Made by a program: the position numbers and the translations under genes. Positions 1-16,371 of a DNA stretch of 64,000 nt are shown in pieces. The DNA is taken from NCBI RefSeq assembly GCF_009914755.1, contig NC_060933.1, one strand, 5' to 3'. The number at the start of each line of letters is the position of its first letter. The stretch's first letter is position 1. Source of the stretch: the human T2T-CHM13v2.0 reference genome, Homo sapiens. The notes under the pieces are model-generated. The model worked only from the letters and a program-made list of their open reading frames with translations. It was not told the origin of the DNA and ran no database searches.

Positions 1-345
1 TGTAATTGTTTTTAGAGTCATTATCACTAAATCTTTACCAGGGCCTATTTCCACAGTGGTATTTCCTAGGTTTATTCTAGAGTTTTTATAGCGTTACGTT
101 TCACATTTTAATCTTCAATCTGTCTTGAATTAATTTTGTATATGGTAAAAGTAAGGGGTCCAGTTTCAATCTTCTGTATATGGCTAGCCAGTTATCTTAG
201 CACTTTTATTAAATAGGGACTCTTTACCCATTGTTTGTTATTGTCAATTTTGTTGAAGATCAGATGGTTGTAGGTGTGTGGCTTTATTTCTGCGTTCTCT
301 AACCTGTTCCATTGGTGTATGTGTCTGTTTTTATGCCAGTACCAT
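1..345 (-). mobile_element. L1 ORF2 fragment (old L1PB/L1MA-type), cut by the window edge
   Basis: Minus-strand translation (WYWHKNRHIHQWNRLENAEIKPHTYNHLIF...NKQW) matches the L1 ORF2p segment after the RT domain. Confidence 0.9.
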
Positions 346-620
346 CGATCTATTTTCTCAAGAGTGAAATGCAGATTTCTTAGCTTATCACTCAAAATCC
401 TCTACAACCAATCTTAAAAATGTACCCCTCTCAACCCACCCACCCTCTGTGAACCAGTTGGTGATCTTGTTTCTCAGGTCTAGAGAGAGAGGAAAATGTG
501 GCTGGGATCTCACACCCAGAATCTTCAAGCAACTGCCTAATGTGACTGCAAATTCCACAGAGAGATATGTAGTAGGCTAAGCACTCATGCTATGAAGCTC
601 AATGGGTTGGAAGTAGAAAG

Positions 621-1110
621 TGAGACTCAACTCAGGAGGTGGGACTGGACTTCAGAGACAGAGCTCAGATACTGAAAAAAATTGAGGACTAGCTAAAACC
701 AGGACAGGGTGGAATCAACTTTCCATAAGACATGCCCACCAGCATGCCATGTCAGTTTACCATTGCCATGGCAGCACTCGGAAGTTACTGTCCCTTTCCA
801 TGGCAATGACTTGATGACCCAGAAGTTACCCTTTATCTAGAAATGTTTGGATAATCTGCCCCTTAATTTGCATATAATTAAAAGTGGGTATAAATATGAC
901 TGCAGAACTGCCTCTGAGCTGCTATTCAGCACACTGCCTATGCAGTAGCCCTCCTCCACAAGGAGCAGTACCTCTGCAGCTGCTGTACACTGCCACTTCA
1001 ATAGAAGTTGCTGTCTAACACCACAGGCTAGCTCTTGAATTCTTTCCTAGAGGAAGCCAAGAACCCTCCCAGGCTAAGCCCTAATTTTGGGGCTCATCTG
1101 CCCTGTATCA
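621..1110 (+). mobile_element. ERV1 (MER4-group) solo LTR, MER66/MER41-like
   Basis: Characteristic blocks CCATGTCAGTTTACCATTGCCATGGC, GGAAGTTAC, TATAAATA, GAATTCTTTCCT..GCCAAGAACCCTCCC; ends in ..CA; left boundary uncertain. Confidence 0.8.
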
Positions 1111-1141
1111 GTTTCACTACTCTCAGTCTGTGGAAGCCTAA

Positions 1142-1506
1142 TGATATGGTTTGGCTGGGTCCCCACCTAAATCTCATCTTGAATTGTAACTACCACAGTT
1201 CCCTTGTGTTGTGGGAGGAACCCAGTGGGAGTTGATCGAATTATGGGGGCAGGTCTTTCCTGCACTGTTCTCATGATAGTGAATGAGTCACACAAGATCT
1301 GATGGTTTTAAAAAACAGGAGTTTCCCTGCACAAGCTCTCTCTCTCTTTGCCTGCCCCCATCCATGTAAGACATGACTTGCTCCTCCTTGCCTTCTGCCA
1401 TGATTGAAGGGCCTCCCAGCCATGTGGAGTTTTAAGCCCATTAAACCTCTTTTTTTTCCCAGTCTCGGGTATGTCTTTATCAGCAGTGTGAAAATGAACT
1501 GATACA
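1142..1506 (+). mobile_element. THE1 (MaLR) solo LTR, THE1B-like
   Basis: Begins TGATATGGTTTGGCTG, ends AACTGATACA, 365 bp, perfect 5-bp TSD CCTAA (1137-1141 and 1507-1511). Confidence 0.95.
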
Positions 1507-1511
1507 CCTAA

Positions 1512-1660
1512 CTTACCCAATCTCATCTCACAAAACCTAACTTTTCTCCTCAATAAAACAGAAATAATAATAGGACCTATGTCACAGGATATTGTTGTCA
1601 GGATTTAATTATAACATGCCTGTATAGTGCTTAACACAGTGCCTGACATATGATTAGAGC
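1512..1660 (+). mobile_element. MIR 3' part (interrupted by the LTRs upstream)
   Basis: ATAATAATAGGACC..TTGTTGTCAGGATTTAA..GTGCTTAACACAGTGCCTGACATA resembles the MIR core and 3' end. Confidence 0.65.
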
Positions 1661-2275
1661 TATGATTATCCTTCTTTTATAAGAATTTGCTCCCAGATCC
1701 TATGTGGTCTCCTAGTCCTGGTGAGCTATGTTGGACTTGATGTAAAACATGAAGATTTCTAGTATACTTTGGCCTAAGATGTTAACTAAGAGCAGGCTCA
1801 TGTCTGTTCTGATCCCTTATCACAGGTTCATTGATGTCTTATCATTCTCATGGTACTGGGAGGCTCAGAAAGCTAAACCCAAGAAAAATCACATTTAGTA
1901 GGCATGGGGTAGAGAAGGTTGTTCTTAAGATGTAGAGCCACCTCTCCAGAATTAAGGTAGCTTTCTGCAAGAGGAAAGCCCAGGTATGGCATTTCACATT
2001 AGCTGCATGAATCAAAAGGGTGAATCAAAAAATCAAATATGCTGTCAAGAGCCAGGAATTTATTACCTCTGTTTGCCTCAATGAATGTTTCATCTTTTTG
2101 TATGTAACCAGCAATGCCTTTATCCTTACCCACATTGAGCTTCTCCCCTTCCTGGATAGGCAGGGCCTGGATTCTCCTTACAACTTAGAACCTGCCACTA
2201 ACACACACATTATTCAGGTTGATGTCAATGAGCCTTTGCTCAAGATTCTCATTCAGTTTTAGATGCCCCACTTGA

Positions 2276-2710
2276 TTTCATTCATTCACTTAACAAATGG
2301 TTACTGAGCCCCTATTGAGAGGAAGGCACTGAAAGAGACACTGAACAAAATAAAGCCAGTTACTGATCTCATGAAGGTTCCAAAACCACGTGGAAAAGAG
2401 AGAAACAAAAATGTAAAAAACATATGGTACCAGCTAAAAATTAAATCATCAAAATGTAATGAGAAAGAACAATGTAGGAGACATAACATTTCTTGGGGGA
2501 AGGAGTAACAGAGAAGGCCTCTCCGAGGAGTAACATTTAACCAGAGACTGGAAAGGTGAGTAGAGTTAGCCAGGTAAAAAGGAGGGGGCAGGGGTTTCTA
2601 GCAATGGAAACAGTGTATGCAAAGGCCCTGAGGAGGGATCCTGAGAAAAAACCAGGAAGAGAAAGCCTAGAGAATGCTAGGAAGTGGTGGGCAAAGGGTA
2701 GAGTGGCAGA
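2276..2710 (-). mobile_element. L2 3' fragment
   Basis: TTCATTCATTCACTTAACAAAT..TTACTGAG (L2 terminus, antisense) followed by purine-rich L2 body. Confidence 0.65.
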
Positions 2711-3646
2711 AGATGATACTGGGGACAATGGCATGAGAGATTTCCCATTCACCTTTAAATAGCAATAGAAATGTCACTTCTTCTGAGAGGCATTGCCAGG
2801 CCACCACCCCATAAGACTTTATTGCCCCTTTTCTGTGGTTGACATCTGTTGTATTTGCTTTATAGAGTATATGGGCACTGTTGTGCTTGCCTAGCTCCCC
2901 ATTACTAGAGCACAAGAGACTTAAGGCAAGGAATAAATCTTACTCATCTCTGCCTCCTCCACTCCCCCTGCACAATGCCCAGGACAAAATAATTGTTCAA
3001 TGAATGTTGCATTTCTTTTGGAGATACAATGTCAAAGTCCAAATGACTTAGAAATGATATTTTAAAAATAAACTAGATCAAAGTTTTTGCCACTCCTATG
3101 AGTTGAACTGTGCCCCATGTTTTCTTGTCAATGCCCTATTTTTCTGTTTTCTCTCCAACTATTGTCTGATTAATTTTCTATTAACATTTGTCTATCTGAG
3201 CAGCTTCTAATAACCACCATACCACAAAAAAAACTTGATTCCAAGATGGCCATTTTGTCAGAGGGAGCCATTGAGTGCACTGAAGTCTGATAAATAATGA
3301 ATGAACACAGAGCATTTAGAAGCTTGTGATATAAAAAGAAAATACAGGCCATATGATAGATGGAATCACCTTGGCTCACAAACCTTGGATATCACTCTAC
3401 AAAGTAATTTTGCGAATATTAAAATCATTTTCCTCAGTCACTGAACCTGGTGACAGGATAGGTCTGGTGTGGCATCCTGTAGCCAATATGGAAAAATCCT
3501 TCCAGCCAGCCACAAGTCTTGCCTGAAAACTCCCAATGGTGGAGTGACAGTCTCCAGAGAAGATACATTTTGATTCTGCAAGGTCAAGGGTGAGAATATG
3601 GGATGAGTTAATATTTCCCCAGTGTTTTATGAAATATGGGTATCAC

Positions 3647-4460
3647 ATACCATCTCACACCAGTTAGAATGGCAATCATTAAAAAGTCAGGAAACAACAG
3701 GTGCTGGAGAGGATGTGGAGAAATAGGAACACTTTTACACTGTTGGTGGGACTGTAAACTAGTTCAACCATTGTGGAAGACAGTGCGGCGATTCCTCAGG
3801 GATCTAGAACTAGAAATACCATTTGACCCAGCCATCCCATTACTGGGTATATACCCAAAGGATTATAAATCATGTTGCTATAAAGACACATGCACACGTA
3901 TGTTTATTGCGGCACTATTCACAATAGCAAAGACTTGGAACCAACCCAAATGTCCAACAAGGATAGACTGGGTTAAGAAAATGTGGCACATACACACCAT
4001 GGAATACTATGCAGCCATAAAAAAGGATGAGCTCATGTCCTTTGTAGGGACATGGATGAAGCTGGAAACCATCATTCTCAGCAAACTATCGCAAGGACAA
4101 AAAACCAAACACTGCATGTTCTCACTCATAGGTGGGAATTGAACAGTGAGAACACTTGCACACAGGAAGGGGAACATCACATACCAGGGCCTGTCGTGGG
4201 GTGGGGGGATGGGGGAGGGATAGCATTAGGAGATATACCTAATGTAAATGATGAGTTAATGGGTGCAGCACACCAACATGGCACACGTATACATACATAA
4301 CAAACCTGCACATTGTGCACATGTACCCTAGAACTTAAAGTATAATAAAAAAAGAAAAAAAATGAAGGATTAACATTATTATTTACTTCTCGAAATCCTA
4401 TGGGTTTTTTTTGGAATAAACATTGTGTTGGTTAACTGCAAAAAAAAAGAAAAAGAAAAA
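3647..4460 (+). mobile_element. 5'-truncated young L1PA (L1PA4/5-like): ORF2 C-terminus, 3'UTR, polyA, 3' transduction and second polyA
   Basis: ORF 3636-4142 is the ORF2p Cys-rich end ([42 protein letters not shown]...SLIGGN); L1PA 3'UTR; TSD GAAATATGGGTATCACAT at 3631-3648 and 4461-4478. Confidence 0.97.
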
Positions 4461-5220
4461 GAAATATGGGTATCACATTTGATATAAATGGCTGTTCCAT
4501 ACTGATAATCTATCTATGATCAAAAATGGGAAAATTCTAAGTCCAACCAAAAGCCAGAAATTTTTTCTGTCTTTTAAGAGTCTTTAATATTTTAATATGC
4601 TTTATTAATTGCATAGATGGGGATATAGCGTTTAATGTTTCCCAAATCTATTTGAACCATAGATTATTTTTTATGTATATCTATTACAAAGACTTATAAT
4701 AATGACTGAGACAGTCTGAGTAAGATCTTAGTAATTTAGTCCCTTAAATAACCATACAAATTGGAAACATCCCATGCTTTAGAATTAGAAGGCTTGGGTT
4801 CAAGTCTCTAATGAGTCATTAAAAATTATGTCCTTGATCGTGTCACTTAACCTTGAAACCTCAATTGCCTCACTTTTAAAGGAAAGTGAAGTCATCAGTT
4901 CCAACTTCACTGGTTTAATGGGATGATTAAATATGTTAATAGATATTAAAGGCCTTCTAGGAAGTATAAGCACAATATAATTTTTGTTTTTATTATTAAT
5001 AAAGTTCAATATAAAGACTAACCACCCAGAGAAGGATAATGGCAAACCTATCAGAGTAGGGAGATTTAAGGTGGAAACTAAGAAATCAACAAGGCAGTTT
5101 TGGGGCCATCAGCAAATAGACTCACTGTGGTTATAAATGTCAGAACCATGGAGAGCTCCATTTGATGTTGTTGCTCATCTGAATCTACCCGCTGAGTTGC
5201 GTCCTAAGATAGCCCACACT

Positions 5221-5528
<308 letters not shown>

Positions 5529-6199
5529 CTAGTTGTTCAACTCTCCTGGCCTTATTGAGAGCTAAGATTTATCCAACAAGGAACTACCATGGCTTGTATG
5601 GAAGGCCTAATCTATCCAAAAAGACACAAAGTTCAGAAGGTGTGTCAGGTCTGATTGAGTGCAGTGATTTCATTTTCCAGATCAAGTGTGGATCTCTAGT
5701 CATACTTATCACTAGTATATCTGCTTCCCTTGAGGTCTTTGATATGAGAGTTGTAAAAAAGTTACTTGTTTTTTGGACTCACCTTGAATTTCCAGATTCT
5801 TTACTTTTTCCCTTTTTCTTACTCAGAACACTTTACCCTTCCATCTTCGTCTTGACCACATAAATACCTGAAATACACACTTCAACTCAGTGTTCACATT
5901 CTTGGTGAAGCCAGCCAGAATGATGACCATCCCTCCCCATGCCTAAGTCCCATTAGACCACCTCAGCAGTAACACTTTTCCTAACATAGATTATTAAGAA
6001 AATGTCAGGAAGGTGTCTGGAAACACACATAGGATTTTAGTGGGTTTCTGTTTTTAATGTATATGCATTCCACTTTCTCTGAAATAACAGGATCCCTGAG
6101 ACACCAGTTCAAGCATGTTGAATAGGTCCTTCCAAACATATAAAGGAATTCCTGCTATGTACACTACATAGACAACACTAAAATGCAAAGCAGGGAAGT

Positions 6200-6708
6200 T
6201 ATTTTTCAAAATCTACCTTTAAATACTCTAGGGACTCTGCAAACCACCTTTCCCAGACTGCTTTGTCATCTGGGGTTCTGCCAGTAGAAAACACTAGAGA
6301 GAGATTAGAATGAATAAGTAGAAGAGGGACCCTTTTCCTATTTGTACTGTGGTCAAAGTTATCTCAGTGGTAGTCTGCTCCAGCATCAAGCTGTGTTCAG
6401 CACTTCCAGAAGCAGTCTTACCAAGCTCTTCAGAACGTGTTTGGTGCCTCTGTTTCCAGAGATCTGACCACCAGCTCTACAGAGTCCCTCCTACAAGCTC
6501 CAAGGTCTGGAGATGCTGAGTCTCTCCTTTGGTTCCCCATGACTAGGAGTAATCACTTCTCTAAGCATTTTTTTAAATCTCTGAAATATTTTTGATGCTT
6601 CCTTTTTATCCCTCTTACAGCTCTCTAAAACTGTTATAACCAATTACATCTCCTTTGTTAAAATATGTAGTGTGGTTTCTGCTTTCCTGGCTGGATCTTG
6701 ATAGATGA
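6200..6708 (+). mobile_element. ERVL LTR, LTR33-like
   Basis: CTCTGCAAACCACCTTTCCCAGACT..GGTTCTGCCAGTAG and terminal GTGGTTTCTGCTTTCCTGGCTGGA. Confidence 0.6.
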
Positions 6709-7239
6709 AGTATATGGAATTATCAGTCTCTTCAAACCATAAGCCCAATATCCAAGGCTATGTGATTGTAGAAACTGACCCTCAGGGCTTTCTAAATATT
6801 GTTGTAGCCATGGACCCATTTTTGGAGGAAAATAAATGTTGTGGATCCTCTTTTCGGAAATCACATATTCACAAAATTCTGAATGCAATATCAAGGGGTT
6901 CATGGTTCCCTAAGGTCTCCCCCATTAATTCCCATACTACTATCAATTTATAGAGATATAAAGTTCCCATAAGGCCATGAAAATTTCAAAAACACTTATT
7001 CTGTTTTCAATTTAACAGTTTTTAGATACATAACGAAAATTTTCCTATTTAATAAAAATGAGTACCTTTATAAATGAGTCACAACAATAATTCCACATTT
7101 TGCTTTTCTTCAATTCCCAACTGGATATATCCATGTTAATTGGTATATTTCTAAATTAATTTTTGTTAAATCTGCTTCCTCTAAAATATTTAATTTTACC
7201 TGAACTTAAATGGAATTAATGGGTAGCCTAACTTCATTG

Positions 7240-8850
7240 TTTATTTACTTATTTTTAATGGACAAATAAAAATATACATTTATCATGTACAGCATGATGT
7301 TTTGAAATATGCATACATTGTGGAATGGCCTGATCAAGCTAATTAACATATGTATTACTTCACATACTTATCATTGTTTCTGTGAGAACACTTAAAACCT
7401 ACTGTCTTAGCAATTTTCAAGAATGCAATGCATTAACTATAGTCACCATGTTGTACAACAGATCTGTTAAACTTATCCTTCCTATCTAATTGAAATTTTG
7501 TATCATTTGACCGATATTTATCCAACCCCGTTATACTCCTAACTTTTGATAACCACCTTTCTATTCTTTACTTATATGAGTTCAACTTTTTTAGATTCCA
7601 CATATGAGTGAGATGCTGTGGTATTTGTCTTTCTGTGTCTAGCCAATTTCTGTGTGTGGCTGATAATGTAATGTCCTCCAGGTTCACCTATGTTGTTGTC
7701 CCCAGTGACAGGATTCCCTTCTTGGTAAGGCTAAATAGTATTTTATTGTGAATTGTCTTTACCCATTCATCCATTGATAGGCACATAGATTGATTCCATG
7801 TCTTGGCTATTATGAATAATGCTGCAATGAACATGGGAGTGCAGATATCTTTTCAATATGCTGATTTAATTTTTGGATATATACCCAAAAGTGGGATTGC
7901 TAGTTCATACAGTAATTCTATTTTTAATTTTTCGAGGAACTATCAAAGTACTTCGCATAAGGGCTGTACTAATTTACATTCCCACTATCAGTATACAAAG
8001 GTTCCCTTTTCTCCACATCCTCTCTAGCACTTATCTTTCATCTTTTTGGCAATAGCCATTCTAACAGATGTGAACTAATATCTCATTGTGGTTTTAATTT
8101 GCATTTCCCTGATGATTAGTGATGTTGAGTATTTTTTCATATATCTGTTGATCATTTATATGTCTTCTTTTGAGAAATATCTATGAGAATCCTTTGCCCA
8201 TTTTCTAATTACATTATTTGTGAATTTTTTTGGCTATTGGATTGTTTGGGTTTCTTATGTATTTTGGATATTAACCTTTTATCAGATATATAGTTTGCAA
8301 ATATTTTCTCCATTTCTGTAGGTTTTCTCTTCACTCTGTTGATTGTTTCCCTGGCTGTGCAGAAGCTTTTGAGCTTAATGTAGTCTATTTATCTATTTTT
8401 TGCCTTTGTTGCCTATGCTTTTGAGGTGATATCTAAAAAATAGTTATGTCCAGGCCAATGTCATAAAGCTTTTTCCTTATGCTTTCTTCTAGTACTTTTA
8501 TAGTTACAGGTCTTACATTTAAGTCTTGAATCCCATTTCAAGCTTACTTTTGCATATGATGTGAGAGAAGGGACTAATTTCATTCTTCTGCAGTTGCCCC
8601 CACACTATTTGTTGAAGAGACTGTCCTTTCCTCACTGTGTGTTCTTGGCACCTTTGTCAAAACTCCCTTGATTATAAATGCACATAATTATTTCTGGGCT
8701 TTCTATTCTGTTCAATTGGTCTATGTATCTGTTTTTATGCAGTACCATGTTGCTTTGATTACTAAACTTTGGAGTACATTTTGTAGTCAGGTAGTAGGAT
8801 GCCTCCAGCTTTGCTCATTTTGTTCAAAATTGCTTTGGCTATTCAGAGTC
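7240..8850 (-). mobile_element. L1MA-type 3' end plus ORF2 fragment
   Basis: T-rich tail at left, L1MA8/9-like 3'UTR (GAGAACACTTAAAACCTACT..GCAATTTTCAAG), then degenerate ORF2. Confidence 0.9.
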
Positions 8851-9090
8851 TAGTAATTTCTCATTTCTACACATTGCATACTCTATTCAGGGCCTAGGAG
8901 ATCCACATCTTGGTTAATCACTTTGCACTCTTATTTGATCTTCATGACAATTATCTAAGTAAGTGACAGCCAAGTGTTACTACATTTTATAGTTCAAGAA
9001 ATTCTATCTGGAAATGTTATGTGAATTTCTCAAACTTACGAAGCTAGAAAAAGCTGGACAAGTTTTAGAATTAAAAACCACTGGATGCTG

Positions 9091-9391
9091 AGCCGGGTGC
9101 GGTGGCTCACGCTGTAATCCCAGCACTTTGGAAGGCCTAGGCGGGTGGATCACAAGGTCAGGAGATCGAGACCATCCTGGCTAACACGGTGAAACCCCTT
9201 CTCTAATAAAAAAAAATACAAAAAAATTTGCCGGGCGTGGTGGTGGGCACCTGTAATCCCAGCTACTCCGGAGGCTGAGGCAGGAGATTGGCGTGAACCT
9301 GGGAGGCAGAGCTTGCAGTGAGCGAGATGGTGCCACTGCCCTCCAGCCTGGGTGACAGAGCAACACTCCGTTAAAAAAACAAAAAAAAAAA
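9091..9391 (+). mobile_element. AluY
   Basis: Diagnostic GAGATCGAGACCATCCTGGCTAACACGG and GGCGTGAACC..GAGCTTGCAG; TSD core CACTGGATGCT on both sides. Confidence 0.95.
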
Positions 9392-9669
9392 CACTGGATG
9401 CTAACTCAGAGGTTCTTTATTCTTTATACTGGGAAAAAAAACAGTTGACGAAAGAGGTAGGAAGTCTGCTACTCTATAAAACTATTAGAGATTTCCAAGC
9501 CTTACATTATGTAATCTGATATCTATACAAGGCATTAAAGACACTGGTCTACAACTCTGCTGGAACTAGACCTAACTAGGCTGCATATAGAAAGACCTAA
9601 AGTTAGAGGGATGTGTAGATTTTCAAAAAAGGAGAATTCTTCGTGTGATTTTTCTTTATCGGCATGGCC

Positions 9670-9860
9670 TTTGGAACTAAGTAGACTTGGATTCAAGTCA
9701 AGGTACTGCCATTTATCAGTGGTTAGACCTTATACAATTTATTCAACACCATTATCTTTAATTTCTAATTTTTAAAAAAGATATAATAATGTTTTACAAT
9801 ACTTAATACTAAGATGAGGAAATGTATGAAAACCTTCAGTCCAGTGCCTGGAAATCAACA
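9670..9860 (+). mobile_element. MIR
   Basis: Degenerate MIR head and core, ending CAGTGCCTGG. Confidence 0.55.
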
Positions 9861-11762
9861 GGTTTTCAAAGCTCACCTCTCTTCCCTTGCCCTAGCCTGT
9901 CTGAATCATTCTATTGATAATTTGGGAAAGTGGCTCAGTATATCCTAACCTTAATAACTGTTTCTGCAACTCCAAACTGTACCTTGTTGTTCCTTTATCA
10001 TATCAGATGGGTGATTCTTTTCGCGTGGTAGTCATTGCAATGCAGACTGTAATCTTCATATTTTAGACACTTTCTTTCAGGGTTTTGCTGATAACTCTGG
10101 ATTCTTTTCCAGGAGAGTGACTAATGCAACTCAATGCAATATGGAAACACTTCCGCAATTTTCTCATTTCCCTGATGAGACTCTTACTCAGCTTTTCCTT
10201 CCCATCCCATTTAAAAGAACCTCCAAGGGGCCTTCCTTAATGGAGTCCCTGCAGATGTGCTGTTCTTTCAGAGGCTCTTCAAGCACTTCACAAGTAACAC
10301 AGAAGTGGGTGAACAGCTCAGCTTTTCCAGGTTGTTAAACATTGCTTAACTATTTTTCAAATGTTTTGGCATCAGTAAAAGTCTCAAATGCTTTTGGGGC
10401 CAAGCACTGGTTCCATTAATATTTTACACCCTAAATGTTTTAAGAGATTCATTTATTCTAAAGTCACCTGTCGACTTTTCTCTAAGAGCTTTTTGATGTC
10501 CCACCAGCTCCCCCAAGCTCTCTGTGAAAATTACTAAATATCTTCATCCATTCCCACCTATCCCCTGGCTTCAGACACTGTGGACGACCCCAAGAGATAG
10601 ATGTCCAGATATAGAAATAAAATGAGACTTTCAGAGCAGGATTAGCTCTTGGCAAAATTCCTAACAATATTATTGAGATTTTTACAAATGGAGAGTTGTA
10701 AATTTTGCGTGATTTTCCAGGATAAAGGGATGGAATAAATGAACTATTTATCTGACAAGATTATTAATTTTTTTATGTAGGGATGTGTTTTTTCAATACT
10801 AGCAAGATTTTGAATCCCAGCCCAGAAGATTCTATTTCTGAGGGCTCCACAGAACAAGCAAGTCTAAAAGATAAAACCAACAGGGTCTGGCTAAGGCGAT
10901 AATTTCAAGGATCTTTTAGTGGAAAGATTATTTGTTCCCACTGAGTATGTAAATTTTACTTGTATTGCCTGTGGGCTCTGAGTATAGGCTAGCTTTTTAT
11001 TCAAATATCAGATATAAGAGCTTTCCAGAAGACCATGTCCAGGCAAAAGTGCCCAATTACATATACAATATTTTTCATTTTGTTCATTTCTTGGTGAGTA
11101 ATTACCTTGAAGAAAACTGGGGTAGGGGAAAACTTCCACGTCTGTAGGAGCCTTCCCTAAAAGGAGAACTACGTTCTCTATGGGGGTGTGCTCAGCCAGA
11201 ACTCAACTTTCATTTACCCTCAAATTCTTAACCCAGGTAGTACAGGTGTCCAGAAAGCTGGTCAAGATGTAATGCTACTATTAGAAATTTCAGAAAAAAT
11301 GGTAGGGTGCTAAAAAATAAACAAAACCCTTTTTTGACAGGACAATGTCCTTTACTAAATTATACAATATGGAAATGTCATACCAAGAAAAGCACTCTAC
11401 TAAAGACAAAAAACCCAGATTCTAACTCCAACGCTATTATTTGCTAGCTATATGACCTTGAGCATGTCTTTGAAACACACTAAGCCTTGGCATTTTCATG
11501 AGGAAGTTGGGAAGACAATTTCTGAACCAAATTAGATGGTGGAGCCTTTTTAAATGTCATATTCCCATTTTTCAGGTTGAAGAAATTGAAAGTCAGAAAG
11601 ATATAATTACTTATTTAATGATTCAGAACCAGCAAGAAGCAGAACTGAGACTTGTATCCACACATTCTGAGTCTGTTTTGAAGATCCTTGCAATATAGCA
11701 TGCTGCCTTTCTCCCCCAAGAGAAACAAATTAATTTCAATGTCTGTTCACAGCTTTCATGTT

Positions 11763-15865
<4,103 letters not shown>

Positions 15866-15866
<1 letters not shown>

Positions 15867-16371
15867 AGTTGTTATCAGTTTAAAATAAACTTATAACTAT
15901 TACATAAGATGTTTATATAAGCCCCATGGTAACTTCAAAAATACATCTATATAACATATACAAAAGAAAAAGGAATCAAAGCATATCAATACACCAAAGA
16001 TTCAATGAAATACAAAAGGTGATAGAAAGAGAGAAAAAGAGAGACAAAAGGACTATGAGACAGACAGAAAGCAATTAACAAAATGGCAACCATAAGCCCT
16101 CCCTATCAGTAATTACTTTAAGTGTAAATGATTTAAGCTCTCCAATCAAAAGTTAGAGAGTGACTTAGTGAAAAAAAAAAAAAAAGAAAAAACAACAACA
16201 ACAAGGTCCAACTATATGTTATCTATAGGAGGCTTACCTTAGATTTAAGGACACATGTAGGCTGAAAATGAAAGGATAGAAAAAGATGTTCCATGCAAAC
16301 AGTAACCAAAATGAGCAGGAGTGGCTGTACTTGTATCAGACAAAATAGACTTTGAGTCAAAAACTGTCACA
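15866..16371 (+). mobile_element. Inverted 5' segment of the same L1 (inter-ORF spacer and start of ORF2 endonuclease)
   Basis: ATG at 16083 then AATTACTTTAAGTGTAAATGATTTAAGCTCTCCAATCAAAAG (ITLNVNGLNSPIK-like); ends at AAAAACTGTCACA. Confidence 0.9.

Noticed and set aside
3636-4142. 168-aa ORF as a host gene
   Set aside because: It is the C-terminus of L1 ORF2p; the ATG comes from the TSD
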